Under the pieces are notes generated by a model. That model saw only the letters and a program-made list of their open reading frames with translations. It did no database searches and was not told the origin of the DNA. Positions 47,995 through 57,984 of a DNA stretch of 64,000 nt are shown one piece after another (positions within the stretch are counted from its first letter, which is position 1; each line of letters starts with the position of its first letter). Origin of the DNA: Myxococcota bacterium (GTDB taxonomy: Bacteria > Myxococcota_A > SURF-8); assembly GCA_963674735.2 (NCBI GenBank), contig CAXXQS010000002.1, positions 2,112,001-2,176,000 on the forward strand, written 5' to 3'. The translations under genes were made by a program, and so were the position numbers.

Positions 47995-50229
47995 TCACGG
48001 TGTGGGCTTGGGGAGCGTTTGGCCCATCAATCCCGCCGCGCGATAGAGGCCGACGGTCAGTGTGGCGCGTGGTGGATACCAGTGGAACGCACCCTCCGGC
48101 TCGGCGTTGGGCGCTTCCCATTCCCAAACCGGTTCGAGTTGGATGGACCTGCGCACGCGCTGACAGGCCGGGTGCAGGTAGTCGCGACCCGCCTCGCTGG
48201 GCGATTGACCCGCCCCGGTCAGCGAGTCGTGCAAAAGGGTGTAGCAGCGCATGCCGAGGTAGATGTAACTCGATTGATCCACGCTTCCACGACGGGCGGC
48301 GTTCAGCCAGGCATCCAGCCCCATGGTTCGGACTTGCGAGGGAAGAAGATAATCGGGGTAATCGTAAAATAGGCCCCACACCTGCGGATCGTCCTCCGCT
48401 TCCAGGCGCGCCAGCACGACCGGTGCGTCAGGCAGGTGGGCGATTGCCTGTTCCAGTGCCTGGTGTTCGTGATCGGGATTGGTCGGCCGCCACAGATTGA
48501 AAGCGGGGGGCAGCAGAGACAAAATCCAAATGGCTACCCACAAAGCCGGATGCCGCCAGATTTTCGGCGCTTGTGTTTGTCGCCGCCACCCTTCGAGCAG
48601 GCCCAGTGCCGCGACTGCACACAGGAAGTAAGCCGCCGGAACGTGCAGGCGCGGAAGCGAGGGGGGAGTCATATCCACGAAGTACGGGGCGAAAAAAACG
48701 CAGGATACAAGAAGCAGGCCGACCAGCCTCCGCCGTTCCGTGACGGGAGCCCATAGCCAGGCGGCCAGCCAGAAAAGCGGATACACGATGGGGGTTGCGT
48801 CGGGGCGCAGAAAGAGGTTGTGCGGCGTGATGAATTTCAGCACTCCGCTCAAGATATACCCAATGCCGCTGATCTGGTTCTGTTCGCCTTCGATAGCCCA
48901 GAACACGGCTAGATAGGCCAGATGCGGCAGCAGTAGCAGAAACAGTCCCGCCGTACTCAACCAGAGGCGGCGCGCCGAAACGACCGGCCGTTTGTTGGGG
49001 AGACGGAAAAATTCAAGCAGGCTCAGGCTGAGCGGAACGAAGAAAAGAAACAGCGGGCGTGAAACAGTGGTGAAGCCGAAGGCCGCCACCGCGAACAGAA
49101 AGGCCGTCCACGTGTTTTTACGGCGTGCCTGCTCCCAGTGCCACAGTCCGACGAAAAAGGCGAAAAGTGCCGGAATCAAATTGCTTTCCGAGTTGTGGTC
49201 TTTGAGCAGAAGCGGGTGCAGGGCCAGCAGCGCCAGCATGGCCAGACCGCTTCCCGGTCGGAGTGTGTAGCGGCGCAGCCAGGCGGCGGCGATCAACGTG
49301 GTGGCCCAGCCGAGCCAGGTATTGATCGTCAGCAGCCACGCGCCTCCACCCGGAAGCAGAGCGATCAGGCTGTGATATAGAACAGGCGCGCCCGCTCCAT
49401 AGCGTTTGAGTTGCACGATATCCAGTGCTTGTTCGATCAGGGCGTAGCCGCTATAGGCCATCACGAAACGATGCGGGATCATCAGCCGCAGTATCAGTCC
49501 AAAAAGCGCCAGACCGATCAGTCCGATCTGCACGCGACGCCCGAGGCTTTGCCAGTCTTTTCTGTTCTGGAGCGGCAGCGCGATCACGGCCGCGAGGAGT
49601 CCCAGCATGAAAAGCCAGGCCAGAGTCCGTTCGGCGGTGTCGAGGGGCCGCCAGCGGTCCGGTGTGAGCCACGGGGGAGCGCCGTCGGGGAGTTGCAACG
49701 GTGCAAGATCCGTTGGAGATGTCTCGGGGGACGGCGGTCCGCGGGGTGCTGGAGTGGCTGGGCGATGCGCCAGCGGGGACAATCCCGCCTCGTTGGTCCG
49801 GATACGGGCTAGGAGTTCTTTTAACAGGGTTTCCATTGCCGGAGTGAGGGTCATCCCCGGTTTGCCCATTTTGACGATCAGGTTGAAGTTTTGGGTGCGA
49901 GCATAGGCTCCTTGGTTATCGTCACGTGCGATCAGTTGCAGGTGCAGATCGGATGCGCCTGCCTGCTCTGTCGAAAAAAAACAGTCGATCCGCCACGTTT
50001 CGCCATCACTAGCCGTCAGTTTCCAGTCGCCTATGCGACCCGTGAAAGCTCCCTGCGAATCGCTGAGGAGAGTCTTGGCTGTGGGGACGTTCGGGGTTAC
50101 AGGGGACGGGGTGTTTTCGGTCTGGGCGCAGAGGGTTGGCATCCAAAGCAGCCACAAGCACCACACCCCGATTGCGACCCGGCGGCAGCGATGTAAATCG
50201 GTGAAAAGGACGCAGGTTTCTGCGGACAT
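47995..50229 (-). CDS. Large multi-pass membrane protein, possibly GT-C (PMT/ArnT-like) glycosyltransferase
   Basis: Soluble N-domain then more than 10 TMs with LILR, ALHPLL, SES, SRP patterns; start uncertain. Confidence 0.55.
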   Translation of the reverse strand: MSAETCVLFTDLHRCRRVAIGVWCLWLLWMPTLCAQTENTPSPVTPNVPTAKTLLSDSQGAFTGRIGDWKLTASDGETWRIDCFFSTEQAGASDLHLQLIARDDNQGAYARTQNFNLIVKMGKPGMTLTPAMETLLKELLARIRTNEAGLSPLAHRPATPAPRGPPSPETSPTDLAPLQLPDGAPPWLTPDRWRPLDTAERTLAWLFMLGLLAAVIALPLQNRKDWQSLGRRVQIGLIGLALFGLILRLMIPHRFVMAYSGYALIEQALDIVQLKRYGAGAPVLYHSLIALLPGGGAWLLTINTWLGWATTLIAAAWLRRYTLRPGSGLAMLALLALHPLLLKDHNSESNLIPALFAFFVGLWHWEQARRKNTWTAFLFAVAAFGFTTVSRPLFLFFVPLSLSLLEFFRLPNKRPVVSARRLWLSTAGLFLLLLPHLAYLAVFWAIEGEQNQISGIGYILSGVLKFITPHNLFLRPDATPIVYPLFWLAAWLWAPVTERRRLVGLLLVSCVFFAPYFVDMTPPSLPRLHVPAAYFLCAVAALGLLEGWRRQTQAPKIWRHPALWVAIWILSLLPPAFNLWRPTNPDHEHQALEQAIAHLPDAPVVLARLEAEDDPQVWGLFYDYPDYLLPSQVRTMGLDAWLNAARRGSVDQSSYIYLGMRCYTLLHDSLTGAGQSPSEAGRDYLHPACQRVRRSIQLEPVWEWEAPNAEPEGAFHWYPPRATLTVGLYRAAGLMGQTLPKPTP

Positions 50230-50440
50230 GGAACGGGTCTCCCGGCTTGGGCCGTTGGTGTGTGGCGATGCTATCAAAAGGGGGCCGGTGGCGTCAAACA
50301 ATTCGAAAATCTTCATGTTTTCCGGTTTTCAATTCCGTCCCGACTCCGGGAATAATAATCACAAAATCGGTCTCTATTTTAAGGGCTTATCTGAAATTGA
50401 TACAAAGGCGCAATCATTCTTTGGCAAGGAGTGCATTATC

Positions 50441-51199
50441 ATGCCGAACCGACATACCCCCCCGATCTTCTCCTGCCGCGATCTTCACGTGAGCGTGGAT
50501 GACATCGAGATCGTCAAGGGAGTGGATTTAGATATCTATCGAGGCGAGAAACACGCCATTATGGGCCCCAACGGCTCGGGAAAATCAACCATGGTCGCGG
50601 CGCTGATGGGCCATCCGGCCTACTCGGTGGAAGGAGAGATTCGTCTCGACGGTCGCGATATCAGCGAATACGAAGCGGATGAACGTGCCCGTGCGGGTTT
50701 GTTCCTCGGTTTTCAGTACCCGGTGGCCGTGCCCGGCGTGACCGTCAGCAATTTCCTGAAGGCGGCGTTGACGGCCAGGCGCGGCGAAGAGTTGCGCGTG
50801 CGTGATTTTCAGCGCGAGTTGATGGACGCGTTCGAGGAGTTGGACGTACCCCTGGAATTCACCCGCCGCTACCTCAACGACGGGTTTTCCGGCGGCGAGA
50901 AAAAGCGCCTCGAAATTCTGCAGCTGATGATGTTGAAACCCAAGGTGGCGTTGTTGGATGAAACCGACTCCGGCCTCGATATCGACGCCCTCAAGGTGGT
51001 GTCGAAGGGAATCAATACCGCGGCTGCCGACAACATGGCGGTGCTGCTCGTCACGCACTATCAGCGCATCCTCGATTACGTCAAACCCGATCACGTGCAT
51101 GTGTTCATGGATGGCCGCATCGTGCGTTCGGGTGGGCCCGAGCTGGCCCGGTCGTTGGAGGATCGCGGTTATGAATGGGTGGGAGCCCAGACACCATAG
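50441..51199 (+). CDS. sufC: Fe-S assembly ATPase SufC
   Basis: [43 protein letters not shown]. Confidence 0.97.
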   Translation: MPNRHTPPIFSCRDLHVSVDDIEIVKGVDLDIYRGEKHAIMGPNGSGKSTMVAALMGHPAYSVEGEIRLDGRDISEYEADERARAGLFLGFQYPVAVPGVTVSNFLKAALTARRGEELRVRDFQRELMDAFEELDVPLEFTRRYLNDGFSGGEKKRLEILQLMMLKPKVALLDETDSGLDIDALKVVSKGINTAAADNMAVLLVTHYQRILDYVKPDHVHVFMDGRIVRSGGPELARSLEDRGYEWVGAQTP

Positions 51200-51215
51200 G
51201 CGAAAGGAAGTCACC

Positions 51216-52634
51216 ATGAGTCAGAACAACACTATCGCCGATATCAATCAGGACTACGCGAGCAAATATGGTTTCCACGACCCCGAAGCTTTTCTCTATA
51301 AAGCGCCTAAAGGGTTGTCGCATGATATCGTAGAGGCCATTTCGCGTCATAAAAACGAGCTCGACTGGATGCGGGAGTTTCGCCACCGGGCGCTCGATCT
51401 GTTTTTAGCGAAACCCATGCCGCGCTGGGGCAACACCGGCTTGATGGGGGAAATCGATTTCGATAACATCCACTACTACCTCAAATCCAGCGAGCGTGGC
51501 GAACGCAACTGGGACGATGTGCCCGAAGACATCAAAAACACCTTCGAGCGTTTGGGTATCCCCGAGGCCGAGCGCAAGTTTCTGGCCGGGGTGAGCGCCC
51601 AGTACGAATCCGAGGTCGTCTACCACAACATGCGCGATGAGCTTTCGGAGCAAGGTGTGCTCTTCGCCAGTATGGACGATGGTCTGCGCGAGTATCCCGA
51701 CATTGTGAAGAAGTACTTCGCCAGCGTCATTCCGCCTGCCGACAACAAGTTCGCGTCGCTCAATTCGGCCGTGTGGTCGGGAGGCTCGTTCATTTACGTG
51801 CCACCCGGCGTTCATGTGGAGATTCCGTTGCAGGCCTACTTCCGCATCAACTCCGAGAACATGGGCCAGTTCGAGCGTACTCTGATCATCGCCGACGAAG
51901 GATCGTCGGTTCATTATATCGAGGGATGCACGGCTCCGGTGTACGCCAGCGACTCGCTGCACTCGGCCGTGGTGGAACTGATCGCCCTCAAGGATGCGCG
52001 CATTCGCTACACCACCATTCAGAATTGGTCCACCAACGTGTTCAACCTGGTGACCAAACGCGCCGTGGCGCATGAAAACGCGGTGATCGAATGGGTGGAC
52101 GGCAACATCGGATCGAAATTGACTATGAAATTTCCCTGCGTTTACCTGGTGGGCGAGGGGGCGCACGGTGAAGTGCTGTCCATCGCCTTTGCCGGAGACG
52201 GCCAGCACCAGGACACCGGGGCGAAGATGATCCACGTTGCTCCGAATACCACTTCGCGCATCATCTCGAAATCCATCTCCAAGGATGCCGGGCGTTCCAG
52301 CTATCGCGGTTTGGTGAAGGTGGAGCCGGGAGCCAAGGGCAGCAAAACGCACGTGGAGTGCGACGCGCTGTTGATCGGCGAACAAGCGCGTTCCGATACC
52401 TATCCCACCATGGAAATCAAAGAGGACGATGTGCGAGTCGAACACGAGGCGCGCGTCTCCAAGCTGGCCGACGAGCAGCTATTTTATCTGCAGAGTCGTG
52501 GGATCGATCTCGACCAGGCGCGCCTGATGATCGTCAATGGTTTCATTGAGCCGTTTGTGCGCGAACTGCCGATGGAATACGCCGTGGAACTCAATCGCCT
52601 GATCGAGCTGGAAATGGAAGGTTCGGTGGGCTGA
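51216..52634 (+). CDS. sufB: Fe-S assembly protein SufB
   Basis: [35 protein letters not shown]. Confidence 0.98.
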   Translation: MSQNNTIADINQDYASKYGFHDPEAFLYKAPKGLSHDIVEAISRHKNELDWMREFRHRALDLFLAKPMPRWGNTGLMGEIDFDNIHYYLKSSERGERNWDDVPEDIKNTFERLGIPEAERKFLAGVSAQYESEVVYHNMRDELSEQGVLFASMDDGLREYPDIVKKYFASVIPPADNKFASLNSAVWSGGSFIYVPPGVHVEIPLQAYFRINSENMGQFERTLIIADEGSSVHYIEGCTAPVYASDSLHSAVVELIALKDARIRYTTIQNWSTNVFNLVTKRAVAHENAVIEWVDGNIGSKLTMKFPCVYLVGEGAHGEVLSIAFAGDGQHQDTGAKMIHVAPNTTSRIISKSISKDAGRSSYRGLVKVEPGAKGSKTHVECDALLIGEQARSDTYPTMEIKEDDVRVEHEARVSKLADEQLFYLQSRGIDLDQARLMIVNGFIEPFVRELPMEYAVELNRLIELEMEGSVG

Positions 52635-52650
52635 GTGTAAGGAGTGTGTC

Positions 52651-53910
52651 GTGAAAACCGAATTGACTCCGGCGTACATCGACGAGGTGTCGCGCCGTTT
52701 GAAAGAACCGAAAACCCTGACCGATTGGCGACATCGGGCGCTGACGGCCTATCACGAATTGCCCATACCCGATCGCGTGCAACATCTGTGGCGCTACAGC
52801 GATCCGCTGCATTATTTTCCGAATGTTTTGACGGCCGAGTTGTCGGGGTCCGCGCCGATTTTACCCGATTTGCCTGCGGGCGGCGCAGCGGCGCTTCTGT
52901 TGCCCGATAGTCGATTTCAATTGAATCTGTCGCCCGAGGCCGAACGCGCGGGGGTTACGGTGAGTCGCTTGAGCGACAATCCCATCGCAGGCGAGCTTTT
53001 GGGACGGGCGGTAGACCACGACTTCGGTTTGTTCGAGGCCTTGAACGCCGCCGCCTTCGAGGGCGGAATTGCGGTGCATGTTCCCGCGCGGGTGCAGTTA
53101 GACGGCCCCATTCACGTGCGGCTGCCCGCCTATCACGGCGCGACGCTGCCGCGCATCCTGGTTGTGGTGGGGGAAAATGCCGAGGCCACCGTCATCGAAG
53201 AGTACGTAGGCGGCGGTCCGGGCGACCACGTCATCGGCGTGAGCGAATATTTCGTGGCGGCGAGTGCGCGGTTGAAGCAAATCTTTTTCGAGCGCTGGAA
53301 CCCTGGCGTGGTGGGGCATCTCACCTTGCGGGCGCGGCTCGACCGTCAGGCGGACTTTCTGTCCACCGGGGCGAGCTTCGGGGGTTCACTGCTGAAGGTC
53401 GACCTGGGAAGCATTCTCGATGGCGAAGGAGCCCGCAGCGAGCTATCGGGTATGACCATGGGGGAGAAGCGTCAGCATTTCGATCACCACACCGTGCACG
53501 ATCATCGTGCTCCCCGTACCTGGTCGAATATCGATATCAAAACGGCGCTCACCGGGCGCGGGCATGCGGCGTATACAGGGTTGATTCGTATCGGAGAGGC
53601 CGGCGTGCAGAGTGAGGCTTATCAGGAGAATCGCAATCTGATGTTGTCGAGCAAGGCCAAGGCCGACACCATTCCGGAACTGGAGATCCTCACCGACGAC
53701 GTGCGCTGCACCCATGGAGCCACCGTGGCGCCGGTCGATGACGCGCAGTTGTTCTATCTGCAAAGTCGCGGGATCGAGCGTTCCGATGCGTTGCGCCTGA
53801 TCGTGCGCGGGTTCATGGAAAAGAACCTCGCGCGTTTCCCCGAATCGTTGCGTGACGCGGTGGATGGCTTCGTGATGGAGCGTCTGAACGGAATCACGGC
53901 GGGCTTTTAG
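52651..53910 (+). CDS. sufD: Fe-S assembly protein SufD
   Basis: [30 protein letters not shown]. Confidence 0.95.
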   Translation: MKTELTPAYIDEVSRRLKEPKTLTDWRHRALTAYHELPIPDRVQHLWRYSDPLHYFPNVLTAELSGSAPILPDLPAGGAAALLLPDSRFQLNLSPEAERAGVTVSRLSDNPIAGELLGRAVDHDFGLFEALNAAAFEGGIAVHVPARVQLDGPIHVRLPAYHGATLPRILVVVGENAEATVIEEYVGGGPGDHVIGVSEYFVAASARLKQIFFERWNPGVVGHLTLRARLDRQADFLSTGASFGGSLLKVDLGSILDGEGARSELSGMTMGEKRQHFDHHTVHDHRAPRTWSNIDIKTALTGRGHAAYTGLIRIGEAGVQSEAYQENRNLMLSSKAKADTIPELEILTDDVRCTHGATVAPVDDAQLFYLQSRGIERSDALRLIVRGFMEKNLARFPESLRDAVDGFVMERLNGITAGF

Positions 53911-53934
53911 CCTGATCATTGAAAGAGAGCGAGA

Positions 53935-54249
53935 ATGTCTTTTGTGAAAGCGGCCGCTTTAAATGAGTTTCCCGTGGGCGGATCACGGGCTGTGGAGCTG
54001 GACGGCGTCCCTGTCCTACTGGTGCGGCTCGGCGAGAACGACGTGGCGGCGGTGGAAAACGCCTGCTCCCACGACGGTTCCGAACTCGTCGGCGGTGCGG
54101 TGGAAGGGGCGGTCATTACCTGCCCGCGCCACGGCGCCCAGTTCGATCTGCGGCAGGGAAAGGCTCTGCGCATGCCCGCTGCTTCTCCTATCGAAATCTA
54201 TCCGGTGCGGCTGTCTGATGACGGCTGGATCGAAGTCGATGTGGATTGA
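53935..54249 (+). CDS. Rieske-type [2Fe-2S] ferredoxin
   Basis: CSH...CPRHGAQFD. Confidence 0.94.
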   Translation: MSFVKAAALNEFPVGGSRAVELDGVPVLLVRLGENDVAAVENACSHDGSELVGGAVEGAVITCPRHGAQFDLRQGKALRMPAASPIEIYPVRLSDDGWIEVDVD

Positions 54250-54253
54250 TGCC

Positions 54254-55525
54254 ATGGAACCGCAACATGTGACCGACTCCCGCTGTTTGTGTACGACCCT
54301 GTCGGGGCGCAGCGGTGGAAATCTGCGCGAACAATTTCCGTTGCTTTCGGAAGCGGCGGACGGAAAGCGGCTGGTCTATCTGGATAGCGCCTCGACGGCT
54401 CAGAAGCCGCGTGCGTTGATCGAGGCCGAATTGCGTTTTGCGACGAACCGCAATGCCACCGTTCATCGCGGCGTTTATGCCCTCAGCGAGTCTGCCACCG
54501 CAGCTTTCGAGGAAGGACGGCGGCGTGTGGCGCAGTTCGTCAATGCCGAAGGGCCGGAATGTGTCGTGGTCACGCGCAGTGCCACCGGATCGCTCAATGG
54601 CCTGGCGCGCGGCTTGGAACACGGACTGAAGGCGGGTGACGAAATTCTGCTGACCGAAATGGAGCATCATGCCAACCTGGTTCCCTGGCAGATGTTGGCC
54701 AAACGGCGCGGCGTGCATCTTCGTTACATTCCCTTTGATGAAAACGGCGAATTGAATTTGGATTCGTTGCCGGAGCTGTTGACGGCCCGGACGCGCATCG
54801 TCTCATTGACGCTGCTTTCCAACGTGCTGGGGACGCTCAACCCGGTGGCGGCTATTTCGGAAGCGGCTCGGTGCGTGGGGGCGCGGGTGATCGTGGATGC
54901 CGCCCAGGCGGTCGGCCATCGTCCGCTCGATTTCCAGGCGCTGGGGGCCGATTATGTTGTTTTCTCCGCTCACAAAGCCTACGGGCCCGGCGGGCTTGGG
55001 TTTCTTGTCGGAAGCCGGGACGCCTTGGAGTGGCTCGAACCCTTCGAGGGGGGGGGGCAGATGATCGAATCGGTCACGCTCGACGAGGTGCGTGTCGCCG
55101 CTATCCCCACCCGTTTCGAAGCGGGTACGCCCAACGTTCAGGCTTTGGCGACCTTTCCGGCGAGCCTGGATTTGTTGGAGTCGGTCGGGCTGCCGGAGAT
55201 CGAGCGCCATGAACGCGAGTTGACCGGCTACGCGCTCGATCGTCTGGCGTCGCTCGGCGGTCTGCGGATCGTGGGACCGCGAGACCCACAAAAGCGCGGC
55301 GGCCTGGTGAGCTTCGTCGATGAGCGGGTGCACGCGCAGGACTTGGCCCTATTGCTCGACGAACAAGGCGTAGCTATCCGGGTGGGGCATCATTGCGCCC
55401 AACCCTTGCATGCGCGTCTGGGATTACCCGCCACGGCGCGTGCGTCCTTCGGGATTTACTCCGAGCGTGACGACGTGGACGCCCTGATCAACGGCATTCG
55501 TTTTGCTCGAAGTTTCATGACGTAA
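54254..55525 (+). CDS. sufS: SufS-type cysteine desulfurase
   Basis: YLDSASTAQKP, EHHAN, DAAQ, SAHK, FEAGTPN, RVGHHCAQP. Confidence 0.96.
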   Translation: MEPQHVTDSRCLCTTLSGRSGGNLREQFPLLSEAADGKRLVYLDSASTAQKPRALIEAELRFATNRNATVHRGVYALSESATAAFEEGRRRVAQFVNAEGPECVVVTRSATGSLNGLARGLEHGLKAGDEILLTEMEHHANLVPWQMLAKRRGVHLRYIPFDENGELNLDSLPELLTARTRIVSLTLLSNVLGTLNPVAAISEAARCVGARVIVDAAQAVGHRPLDFQALGADYVVFSAHKAYGPGGLGFLVGSRDALEWLEPFEGGGQMIESVTLDEVRVAAIPTRFEAGTPNVQALATFPASLDLLESVGLPEIERHERELTGYALDRLASLGGLRIVGPRDPQKRGGLVSFVDERVHAQDLALLLDEQGVAIRVGHHCAQPLHARLGLPATARASFGIYSERDDVDALINGIRFARSFMT

Positions 55526-55536
55526 AAGCCGTGTTC

Positions 55537-57984
55537 CTACTTTTGTTCCCGCAACATCACCACCGTGACGCCGTCGCGTCCTTCGCCGCGTTCGCCGGGG
55601 CGAAAGCTGACCACGTAGGGGCTGCGACTGAAATAGTCGCGCAGGGCGGCTTTCAGCTTGCCGGTGCCATGCCCGTGAATCACGTAGACGAAGGGTGCAT
55701 TCTGACGCATGGCGCGGTCGAGAAAGGCGTCGGTGGCGTCCAGCGCCTCGTCCACGCGTTCCCCGCGCAGATCGAGAGTCATCCCCGAATCGCGGTCGTC
55801 GCCACCCTGGCGTGATTTTGTGAGGGCCACCTCCAAGGTGTTGGTTTGGCCTTTGAACATGGTTTTACGTTCATCGGGATCGAGGGCCTGCAGGCGCTCG
55901 ACCGGGATGCGCATCTTGAGGCGTCCCACCTCCACCAAGGCCAGCCCGCGTTTGTCGGGCGGCTCCACTACGACACCTTTCTGATCGAGGTTGACCACGA
56001 ATACCGGCAGGCCGGGTTTGAGATGTTCGATGCCGACCGGCGGACGCTTCGGGGTGCTGCGCTCGCGTGGAGGCGGATCGCTGGCGCTGCGCTGTTCGGC
56101 CTGGGCGACTTTGGCCGCCGCTTCCCGTTCGCGTGCCTTGAGCTCCTCCATGGCGGCGGTGGCTTCGGCCATACTGGCCCCGCGTTGCAGGGTGCGGATC
56201 ACTTCCCGCGCCTTGGCCTGCGCCTCGCGGATTTCGTCGAGCACCTCGCGGCGTCGAGTCAGGATATCTTCCCGCTCGCGTGATTCCAGAAGCTTGAGCT
56301 TGCGTTCGTAGGTGGCCTTGAGCAGTTCGAGGTCGCGTTTGGCCGCCTCCAGGCGTTGCACTTCGCGGCTCTGGCGTTCGATTTCACCTTCCAGCTTGGC
56401 CACCATCCCGTCGAGTTCGTCCGCCTCGCCGTCGAGCAATCCCTGGGCGCGGCTTAAAACAGGCTCGGTGACGCCCAGCGCTTCGGCGATTTTGAGAGCC
56501 GCCGAGACGCCCGGGACGCCGATGGTGATGCGATAGTTGGGGGTAAGCGTGTCTTCCGCAAGCCCGACCGCCGCATTGGCGAAGTCGTCGCGCGTCAGGG
56601 CCAGACGCTTCAAGCGTTCGTAATGGGTAGTAACGATGCAGCGGGCGTGGCGGTCGGCCAGTCCTTCCACGAGTGCCTGGGCCAGCGCGGCTCCTTGACG
56701 CGGGTCGGTGCCGATGACGATTTCATCCAGCAACACCAGGGATGTCTCGTCGCAGTTGAGCAGCACGTCGTTTAGGTTGCGGATGTTGGCCGAGAAGGTT
56801 GAGAGGTCGTCGGCCAGGGACTGTTCGTCGCCCATGACGGTGAAGATACGTCCGAAGCGGCCTACCCGTGAACCGGGCGCGGCCGGAATGTGCAACCCCG
56901 ACCATGCCATCATCACGCATAGTCCCAGTGTCTTGAGACCAACGGTTTTGCCGCCGGTGTTGGCGCCCGAGAGCACCAGCACGTTGAAGGCGTCGCCGAT
57001 GAGCAGATCGTTGGCCACCACCGGTGCGTCTTTGAGTACCAACAGCGGATGGCGCGCCTCCAGCAGGTGGCAGGCGGCGCGTTCGTCGATCTCGGGAATG
57101 TGGCAATTCATCGATTCGGCCAGCCGCGCTTTGGCCTGCACCACGTCGAGTTGGGTGAGGACATCGAGGTTGGCGGCGATGACGCCCGATTCATCGGCCA
57201 GCTTGCGCGAGAGATTGCGTAAAACCTGGCGTTCCTCACGTTCCACCGCCATTTGCGACAGCATCAGATCGTTGTTGATGCCCACCATTTCGCGCGGTTC
57301 GACGAACAGGGTTTGTCCGGTGGCCGAGGAACCATGCACGATGCCTTTGACCGCGGCCTTGTCCTGCGCCTTGACGGGCAGCACATAGCGGTCGTCGCGA
57401 ATGGTGTAGTAGGCTTCACGCAGATTCTGACGCACCGTTTCGCTTTCCAGCATGGCGTCGAGCTTGCGCTTCACGCGACCCATGAGGTCGCGCACCTTCT
57501 TGCGCAATCCACCCAGATCGGGGGTGGCGCGGTCGCGGATTTCGCCGTTATCGCGGTCGATGGCGTAGTTGATGGCGGCCAGCGAATCGTCGATGGGGGT
57601 GAGGCCCTGGCAGAGATCGGCCAAGGTCGGGGCGCGTTCGGCCTTTCGGCTCATGGTTTGGGCGATGCGATTGCTCGCCTCCAGCGTCGCGGTGACTTCG
57701 TTCAGTTCGGACACCGTGAGTACGCCGTCCTTCTGTGTTTGTACCAATAGTCCGCTCACGTTGGAGGAGACGCCCGCCAGCGAGGGGGCCTGGTCGTCCC
57801 AGATCAACTCGCGGAATTCCTGCACGCGTGTGAGATCTTCCACGGTGCGTGCCGGGGAATCGTGAAAGGAAAGGGACAGGCAGCGGGCGCGCCCGCGCAG
57901 AGTGGAGGAATAGCCCGCCAGGGCATCGACCACCCGATCCCATTCCAGATCGTAAGAAGCTTTGTCGGAAACGGTCAATCGCAT
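55537..57984 (-). CDS. mutS2: MutS2 family protein with Smr domain
   Basis: GIVHGSSATGQTLFVEP, ARHPLL, GANTGGKT, GDEQS, LDE...GTDP, TTHY, LDLRG...IHGHGTG. Confidence 0.97.
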   Translation of the reverse strand: MRLTVSDKASYDLEWDRVVDALAGYSSTLRGRARCLSLSFHDSPARTVEDLTRVQEFRELIWDDQAPSLAGVSSNVSGLLVQTQKDGVLTVSELNEVTATLEASNRIAQTMSRKAERAPTLADLCQGLTPIDDSLAAINYAIDRDNGEIRDRATPDLGGLRKKVRDLMGRVKRKLDAMLESETVRQNLREAYYTIRDDRYVLPVKAQDKAAVKGIVHGSSATGQTLFVEPREMVGINNDLMLSQMAVEREERQVLRNLSRKLADESGVIAANLDVLTQLDVVQAKARLAESMNCHIPEIDERAACHLLEARHPLLVLKDAPVVANDLLIGDAFNVLVLSGANTGGKTVGLKTLGLCVMMAWSGLHIPAAPGSRVGRFGRIFTVMGDEQSLADDLSTFSANIRNLNDVLLNCDETSLVLLDEIVIGTDPRQGAALAQALVEGLADRHARCIVTTHYERLKRLALTRDDFANAAVGLAEDTLTPNYRITIGVPGVSAALKIAEALGVTEPVLSRAQGLLDGEADELDGMVAKLEGEIERQSREVQRLEAAKRDLELLKATYERKLKLLESREREDILTRRREVLDEIREAQAKAREVIRTLQRGASMAEATAAMEELKAREREAAAKVAQAEQRSASDPPPRERSTPKRPPVGIEHLKPGLPVFVVNLDQKGVVVEPPDKRGLALVEVGRLKMRIPVERLQALDPDERKTMFKGQTNTLEVALTKSRQGGDDRDSGMTLDLRGERVDEALDATDAFLDRAMRQNAPFVYVIHGHGTGKLKAALRDYFSRSPYVVSFRPGERGEGRDGVTVVMLREQK

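Noticed and set aside
50350-50370. Fur box upstream of sufC (aataataatcac)
   Set aside because: Only a partial match with no convincing dyad.
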